From a virus (lineage: Duplodnaviria > Caudoviricetes), in IMG/VR virus record IMGVR_UViG_3300008255_000098: a stretch of DNA of 64,000 nucleotides. One strand, given 5' to 3'. The first letter of the stretch is position 1, and each line of letters opens with the position of its first letter. Below the pieces are notes generated by a model. It did no database searches. It was not told the origin of the DNA and was given only the letters and a program-made list of their open reading frames with translations. The translations under genes and the position numbers were made by a program. This document shows, one piece after another, positions 58,459 to 64,000 of this stretch.

Positions 58459-59735
58459 TTATATTACTTCCTTAAACGTTTCTGTATATTGTTCGCTGAT
58501 AGCCGAAAAGCTGTAATTTTCTTGCAGCTTCTTCGCCAGTTCCTTTGCCCATTGTTGAGGCACGCCAGGACTGTGGTAAAATTTATTTAACTTTCTTTTG
58601 ACATCTTCTTCAATTGGATTTGCCCATTGCATTTCTGCAAGAAAAATTTTATTATCTACTCTTGTTTCATGAATTTTCACAAGATTATAATCTATTTTAA
58701 CAAACTTTCCTAAATTCAAAAATTCTGTATGAGCACTCCAATTTGTAGCTATTACTGGTAATCCGCAGGCAGCTGCTTCTAAAATCGGAAGCCCGAAACC
58801 TTCGCCTCTAGTTAAACTAACTAAAGCTTTGACCTTGGGGTGTCGGTACAAACTGGCAACTTCATTGTCGGTCATATCTCCATGTAGCAGATAAAACTTT
58901 GGGCCTAGACCTTTTTTTGTTTCAAGCAATACTTTAGAAAGTATATTCACCGTATTTGCTCTATCCATTTTTGAGTTTCGTCCAAAATTTGTCTTTATGA
59001 TAACTCCAACTTCTGGGCTGTCTTTAAACTCTTCTGATAACCACTTGATGGTATAAACTAAATTTTTCCTATCATTTTCTGGGTTATTGCCGCAGAATTG
59101 ACCAAATACTAAAAAATTAAAATCAGTAGTAATTTTTGATAGGTCTAAAACAGAATCTGTTGAAACAGTTGAATCTACAAGACTAACTAAGCAGTTATCT
59201 GTAAACGCTTCTGGTAAGACTACAATTTTAGTAGTACACTCGCCAGTATTTAAAAACACCCTTTTGACAAATTCTGACGGAACCACAACAAGGTCCATTT
59301 GGTTTACACAGCTACCCATTCCGGGGAACACCTATCTGTTTCAACCGCCGCTGTAATTCCTATATTATAGTCAGCTAGAAAGGGGTTCCATTCGTTTGGA
59401 AGTTGTAGTTGCATTGAAACATCATAACTATCTGATACAACTGCGTGTTGTATCAAGCGACCTACCAACCCATCGTAGGCGTCAGTATTAACTACCCAAG
59501 GTGTAACTCCCCAGCGTAATGGTTCTATAAAAAGTTCCAGATCATCTCTATTATCTATTTGTTCAAAAAGCCACCTAGCAACTTGTCTGGAATGAACTCC
59601 ATATCCTGACTGGGTAAGAACAGGGGCACGTAAAATTACTTTTTTCTTTTGCTTTTCTTTTTTAAGAAATAAATCTTCTGTATCGTTTTTTAAAAGATCG
59701 TCTATATTTCCAAGTTCTTGTATTTGTTTACTCAT
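58459..59735 (-). pseudogene. GT4 (GT-B) glycosyltransferase split by a 1-nt deletion near 59311
   Basis: upstream ORF ends ...ETDRCSPEWV and downstream frame continues CVNQMDLVVVPS...GEGFGLPILEAAACG. Confidence 0.75.
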
Positions 59736-61258
59736 CGACTTCTCCTATTAGATGTCTTTCCTTTTGGACGACTCTTCTTTTTTACTTTAGTTTTACTGGT
59801 TTTTGGTAATGATGTTGTAGCTTTATTTTGTACTGATTGTATTGAAGAAATTCTTTTCTTTTCAACAGTTTTTGTAGAAGGTGTGGAGGTTTCTGGTGTG
59901 ACCTCAGGCCCCGAGGTCAATTCACGCCCTAAAGATGGTTCGAGCGACATCAATTCCCAGCGATTTTGTTGTCCGGTCTTTTGGAATCTATCAATACAAT
60001 CCGTTAATTTTTCGTCCCACTTTTTGATCATGTCTTCATACTTGAATTCTGACTCAACGTATGCTTTGCATTTTTCGCTAAGTACTTTTTTTTCTTCAGG
60101 AGTATAATCATGAACAGTCATGAATGCTTTTGCTAGATCTTCGGTGCTTGCATAATCTTCATAGATATATGGAACTAATTGAGACCCAACCAAACAACGC
60201 TTTGCAGGGTCTAACGCAACCCCGTGTGTAGAACCATCACGATAATCTACAACTTTACTTGTTTCGCCTCCTGTTTTAAGTGCGATTATAGGCTTTCCTA
60301 CTTGCATAGAAATGAGTGTAGACAATCCAAAACCTTCATTTTTTGATACGTTTACAGTAACATCTACAAGATTATAAAGTGTATTCATTTTATCAAATTG
60401 AAGTTTCTCTGTTGAAAACCATACATTATTTTGTAATTGAAGTCGCTCAGTTACTTGCAACAAGTCTGGACCTTCTGGGTCTTTTGGGTCCGTGTGCATT
60501 ATTAGAAGGGCATTTCTGTGCCCGTGTTTGGCCTCTAGGTTATCTAGAAATAACTTCCAAGAATCTAATACATCAGCTGGTAATTTTCTAGTTGCATTTC
60601 TATTGACCCACAACGCTTTAAACCAATCTGCTCTAGGTCCAAAGTTTTGCACCAAAAGGGTGTTTCTTTCCTCAACGGGAATCTCAAAATAAACATTTTT
60701 GGGAAAGGAGTGCGGAATGTATGTTGTAGTTTCTGGAAAATGCGGCTTAACAAGTTCATATGTCTTATATGACAAACAACTAATGAGGTCAGTAGATTCA
60801 TACCACACCCTATTATAATCTGGATAAGGATCATTGTCCCAAACATGCCAATAAGCAATTGGACACAATTGGTGAACCTCATCTTCGATTTCCCAGAGCC
60901 AAATAAACTGGCGTGGATCTGTGAAGATCAACAAAACATCTGGCTTTTCTGTTGCTAATATTTGTCTAATCATGTCATGAGTACCAAACCCGTCAACAGG
61001 CTTAATAATAAAATCATCATTGACTTTAATTGTTTGGTAGTCTTGATGTTTGATCGCCCCGCCCAAACAACGAAAAGAATATTTTCCTGTTTGAATCAAA
61101 CCGTCGATTAAAAATCTAGCTTGAATACCAACTCCACTAGGAGCTAACGGGTGGTCAGACAATAATAATACTTTTTTCTTTTTAGTCGGTTTGATAAAAA
61201 GATCGTCTAATAATTTATTATCAACGGTTAATAAATCTTCTGTCATTAATTTCTCCAT
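59732..61258 (-). CDS. GT4 (GT-B) glycosyltransferase
   Basis: LLSDHPLAPSGVG N-terminus; NEGFGLSTLISMQVGKPII donor-binding motif. Confidence 0.85.
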   Translation of the reverse strand: MEKLMTEDLLTVDNKLLDDLFIKPTKKKKVLLLSDHPLAPSGVGIQARFLIDGLIQTGKYSFRCLGGAIKHQDYQTIKVNDDFIIKPVDGFGTHDMIRQILATEKPDVLLIFTDPRQFIWLWEIEDEVHQLCPIAYWHVWDNDPYPDYNRVWYESTDLISCLSYKTYELVKPHFPETTTYIPHSFPKNVYFEIPVEERNTLLVQNFGPRADWFKALWVNRNATRKLPADVLDSWKLFLDNLEAKHGHRNALLIMHTDPKDPEGPDLLQVTERLQLQNNVWFSTEKLQFDKMNTLYNLVDVTVNVSKNEGFGLSTLISMQVGKPIIALKTGGETSKVVDYRDGSTHGVALDPAKRCLVGSQLVPYIYEDYASTEDLAKAFMTVHDYTPEEKKVLSEKCKAYVESEFKYEDMIKKWDEKLTDCIDRFQKTGQQNRWELMSLEPSLGRELTSGPEVTPETSTPSTKTVEKKRISSIQSVQNKATTSLPKTSKTKVKKKSRPKGKTSNRRSR

Positions 61259-61329
61259 TTGAGATAGCAGTTTGTTTCACTTAAACCATTCTTATGGATA
61301 ACAGGTATTTTGTATCATACTAGATGGCA

Positions 61330-62331
61330 TTATTTGTCATTTTTCATTTCATTGGCGAGGTCAGCTTCATACATTTCTTTAGCAAGTTCCGTAAATTTAA
61401 CTTTAGGCTCCCAACCTAAAATGTTTTTTGCTTTTGTCGCATCTCCGAGCAAATATGGAACCTCTTGCGGACGTAAAAGTCTTTTATTAAAACGTACATG
61501 TTTGTCCGTTGATAAGTTTGCAAGTCTAAATACTTCTTCTAAAAATTCTCGTACCGTATGTGCTTCCTCGGTCGCCAAAACATAGTCACTAGGGACATCT
61601 TGTTGAACCATCAAAAACATTCCTTCAACAAAATCTTTTGCGTGCCCCCAATCTCTTTTTGCATCTAAATTTCCAAGCTCTAGAACTTCTTGTTTCCCTA
61701 GCTTAATTCTTGCAGCTGCTTGTGTAATTTTTCTTGTTACGAAAGTTTCCCCTCGGCGTGGGCTTTCGTGGTTAAAAAGTATCCCGCAAGAAACATGGAG
61801 ACCATAACTTTCTCTGTAATTTCTGCATAGATGATGTGCATATAACTTAGCTGCCCCATACGGAGAGGCCGGTATCATCTGCGTTTCTTCATTTTGGGGG
61901 TGGACTAGATTGACACCGTAAAGTTCGCTAGTGGAGGCTTGATAAAAACGAGATGTTGGGCAAACTTCCTTAAAAGCATTTAGAAGTTTTAGCGTGCCCA
62001 TTCCATCTACTTCTAATGTTTCCTCTGGAACGTCAAAAGATGCTCTAACATCACTTTGTGCTGCTAGATTATATATCTCATCGGGTTTGTATTTGGACAT
62101 TACTCTCCAAAGAGAGTGTGTGTCTGTCATATTTCCGTATTCTAAATGAAAATTTGGGTGATTGAAAATATGGTCAACACGACTTGTGCTAATTGTAGAT
62201 GCTCTTCGTTTTATACCAACTACTTTATAACCTTTTTCCAGAAGAAGTTCAGCAAGATAACTTCCGTCTTGGCCCGTAATTCCGGTGCAAAGAGCAACCT
62301 TTTTATTTTTTGTCATTATTTTCTTCTCCAC
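61330..62331 (-). CDS. gmd: GDP-mannose 4,6-dehydratase
   Basis: TGITGQDGSYLAELLL, YNLAAQS, FYQASTSE, SPYGAAK, NHESPRRG and RDWGHA motifs. Confidence 0.95.
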   Translation of the reverse strand: MEKKIMTKNKKVALCTGITGQDGSYLAELLLEKGYKVVGIKRRASTISTSRVDHIFNHPNFHLEYGNMTDTHSLWRVMSKYKPDEIYNLAAQSDVRASFDVPEETLEVDGMGTLKLLNAFKEVCPTSRFYQASTSELYGVNLVHPQNEETQMIPASPYGAAKLYAHHLCRNYRESYGLHVSCGILFNHESPRRGETFVTRKITQAAARIKLGKQEVLELGNLDAKRDWGHAKDFVEGMFLMVQQDVPSDYVLATEEAHTVREFLEEVFRLANLSTDKHVRFNKRLLRPQEVPYLLGDATKAKNILGWEPKVKFTELAKEMYEADLANEMKNDK

Positions 62332-62541
62332 TTATTTGTACACTCGCTATGTTTATATTCACCTATATGATCGTGAAATTATATTTTAGTCTACACTCAT
62401 CACCTGTGAATCAACAGTATACGACTTTTGGAGGAAAAATTATATCTTTAGACAGTATTTTTATACCATTTTTAATAAAAGTGTTTAAGTCCTCGATAAT
62501 GGTGACTTTTCATGTAAAAACATTTTTGTTTTTGTAATTTA

Positions 62542-63504
62542 TTAATTTTTGTTAATTCCCCTTACGTTTGGATAATTTTCGACAAACCATTTACACGTAA
62601 TTTTTAGTCCATCCTCTAGCGGCAAATATTTGTGTTTAAAATTAGTAGAATTGCTAGGTTTCCTAAACTGCCCTTCAGGTTTACTTCTATCCCACAAAAT
62701 TTCCCCATGATATTCAAGTATGTTTGCTACCATATACACAACTTTTTTAATTGATATTTCTTTATTCGTTCCAATATTATATGGCATTTCACTAGTATAG
62801 AATTTTTCTTCTATCTCACCACTTTCGCCAGACATTTTTAATAAACACTTAGCTATGTCATCTACAAAAGTAAATTCTCGTAATGGATTCCCCGAGCCCC
62901 AAAAAACAGGAGCGGTGTTACTAATCTTCGCTTCAAATATTTTTCTAATAATGGTTGGAAGCACGTGGCCATTCTCTAAATCAAAATTATCCTCTGGTCC
63001 AAAAATATTATTAGGAATTGCGGTTATATAGTTTCTATTATATTGTTTTCTAAAGGCTCTAGACTGTACCTCTACCATCCTTTTAGCATATGCATATCCA
63101 AAGTTTGATTCATGGGGCGGACCAAGGTGTAATTGTTGTTCTGTTAGCGGATATTCAACATAGTCTTTATCTGGATACACGCAAGTACTTAATAAAGAAA
63201 TGACATTCTGTACATTGTTTTTGTTGGCTTCCATAAGCACATTTGTGTTTATTAATATGTTTTCATTAAAAAAATCTGCTACTTGTTCGCTGTTTGCTTT
63301 TACGCCTCCAACTTTGGCAGCTAAATGTATAACCGCATCTGGTACGTATTTTTCATACATGTTTTGCGTTTGTTTTTGACTCCGTAGATCAAAATCTTTT
63401 GAACTAATTGGGATAGCTGACAGGGTACCAGGCAGATTTCGCATAATCGCTTTCCCTACCATTCCTGTACCACCTGTTATTAACAATATTTTATTTTTAA
63501 CCAT
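62542..63504 (-). CDS. fcl: GDP-L-fucose synthase
   Basis: TGGTGMVG, HLAAKVGG, LSTCVYP, YAYAKR, PNNIFGPEDNF and WGSGNPLREF motifs. Confidence 0.9.
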   Translation of the reverse strand: MVKNKILLITGGTGMVGKAIMRNLPGTLSAIPISSKDFDLRSQKQTQNMYEKYVPDAVIHLAAKVGGVKANSEQVADFFNENILINTNVLMEANKNNVQNVISLLSTCVYPDKDYVEYPLTEQQLHLGPPHESNFGYAYAKRMVEVQSRAFRKQYNRNYITAIPNNIFGPEDNFDLENGHVLPTIIRKIFEAKISNTAPVFWGSGNPLREFTFVDDIAKCLLKMSGESGEIEEKFYTSEMPYNIGTNKEISIKKVVYMVANILEYHGEILWDRSKPEGQFRKPSNSTNFKHKYLPLEDGLKITCKWFVENYPNVRGINKN

Positions 63505-63862
63505 ATTTATTTTGATTTTTTAAACAAGTTTTACAAAAGCTCTGACCTATCTATGCCAATAACTGCATACATTGGTAAAACAACATAAACTGCATCATAG
63601 CTTTCCTTCAATTTCAACGACCCTTTATTAAGGAAAACCCTAATGTTGTTATCTGCTAATATTTTAGTTATATTTTGTGGTATTTGCACTAACGGTTCAC
63701 AAGAGTTACCTAACATACAAATACCTACCATGTATAGAAATAAATTTTCCTATACCAGACGAAAAGGTACTAAACCTATTTTCTTGTTCCGAGTCGGTAA
63801 TATTAGGTGGACAAAATGCACACCTAAGTTCTAATAAAAATGTATTTTCTAATTGAGTCACG

Positions 63863-64000
63863 TTATTTCCAATACGAATAAAGCCCATTGGTGATTTCAG
63901 GGTCGTGATTTTTGATTTTTCTATTTGGTTGTAAAACTGCCCATGAATACATTTTTCTAACCAACTCTTCTAGATCTGTTTTGTCAACAAATTCTAATTC
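63863..64000 (-). CDS. 3' end of an NAD-dependent epimerase/dehydratase (partial, runs off the window)
   Basis: ELEFVDKTDLEELVRKMYSWAVLQPNR...GLYSYWK* resembles C-termini of phage SDR epimerases; adjacent to gmd/fcl. Confidence 0.5.
   Translation of the reverse strand, partial: ELEFVDKTDLEELVRKMYSWAVLQPNRKIKNHDPEITNGLYSYWK

Noticed and set aside
1-64000. CRISPR array, tRNA or rRNA genes
   Set aside because: No regularly spaced direct repeats with unique spacers and no cloverleaf/T-loop context were found by eye. The recurring intergenic repeats are transposon ends. A tRNAscan or CRISPR-finder run would be the formal check.
1-64000. Nucleus-forming (phiKZ-like) jumbo phage
   Set aside because: The structural genes are T4-like (gp23, gp18, gp19, gp6, gp25) with a gp55-like sigma. 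No chimallin, PhuZ tubulin or multisubunit RNAP gene was recognised in this window.

Overview
AT-rich 64 kb segment of a large T4-like (myovirus) tailed phage, almost certainly a jumbo phage, covering most of the virion morphogenesis region. It carries neck proteins, a head-completion nuclease, a tail terminator, two tail sheaths, an acidic prohead scaffold, a gp23-type major capsid protein, a tail tube, a baseplate cluster and a gp55-like late sigma factor. It also encodes PolX, a RuvC-like resolvase, a DNA methyltransferase, an actin-fold ATPase and, at the right end, a minus-strand GDP-fucose/glycosyltransferase locus. The most striking pattern is about 20 interspersed small-to-medium genes that share short N-terminal leaders ending in a prohead-protease-type [ILV]-x-E site. 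One leader class (R[FWL]xxLAG[IV]) matches the extreme C-terminus of the scaffold. These leaders are fused to unrelated domains: two protein-kinase-fold proteins, three ADP-ribosyltransferase-fold proteins, an RNA-ligase/nucleotidyltransferase fusion, a Dps-like ferritin, a ParB-like domain, a glycosylase-like fold and acidic peptides. This suggests a modular capsid-packaging tag system delivering a cargo of enzymes at infection (inference). Late genes are preceded by a TA[TC]TTA motif, often only 5-10 nt before the ATG. About ten non-autonomous IS200/IS605-type tnpB-element remnants sit in intergenic gaps and carry the same motif. Several genes are broken by single frameshifts or nonsense codons. 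No CRISPR array, tRNA or rRNA was recognised. All family assignments come from motif recognition by eye, not from database searches.
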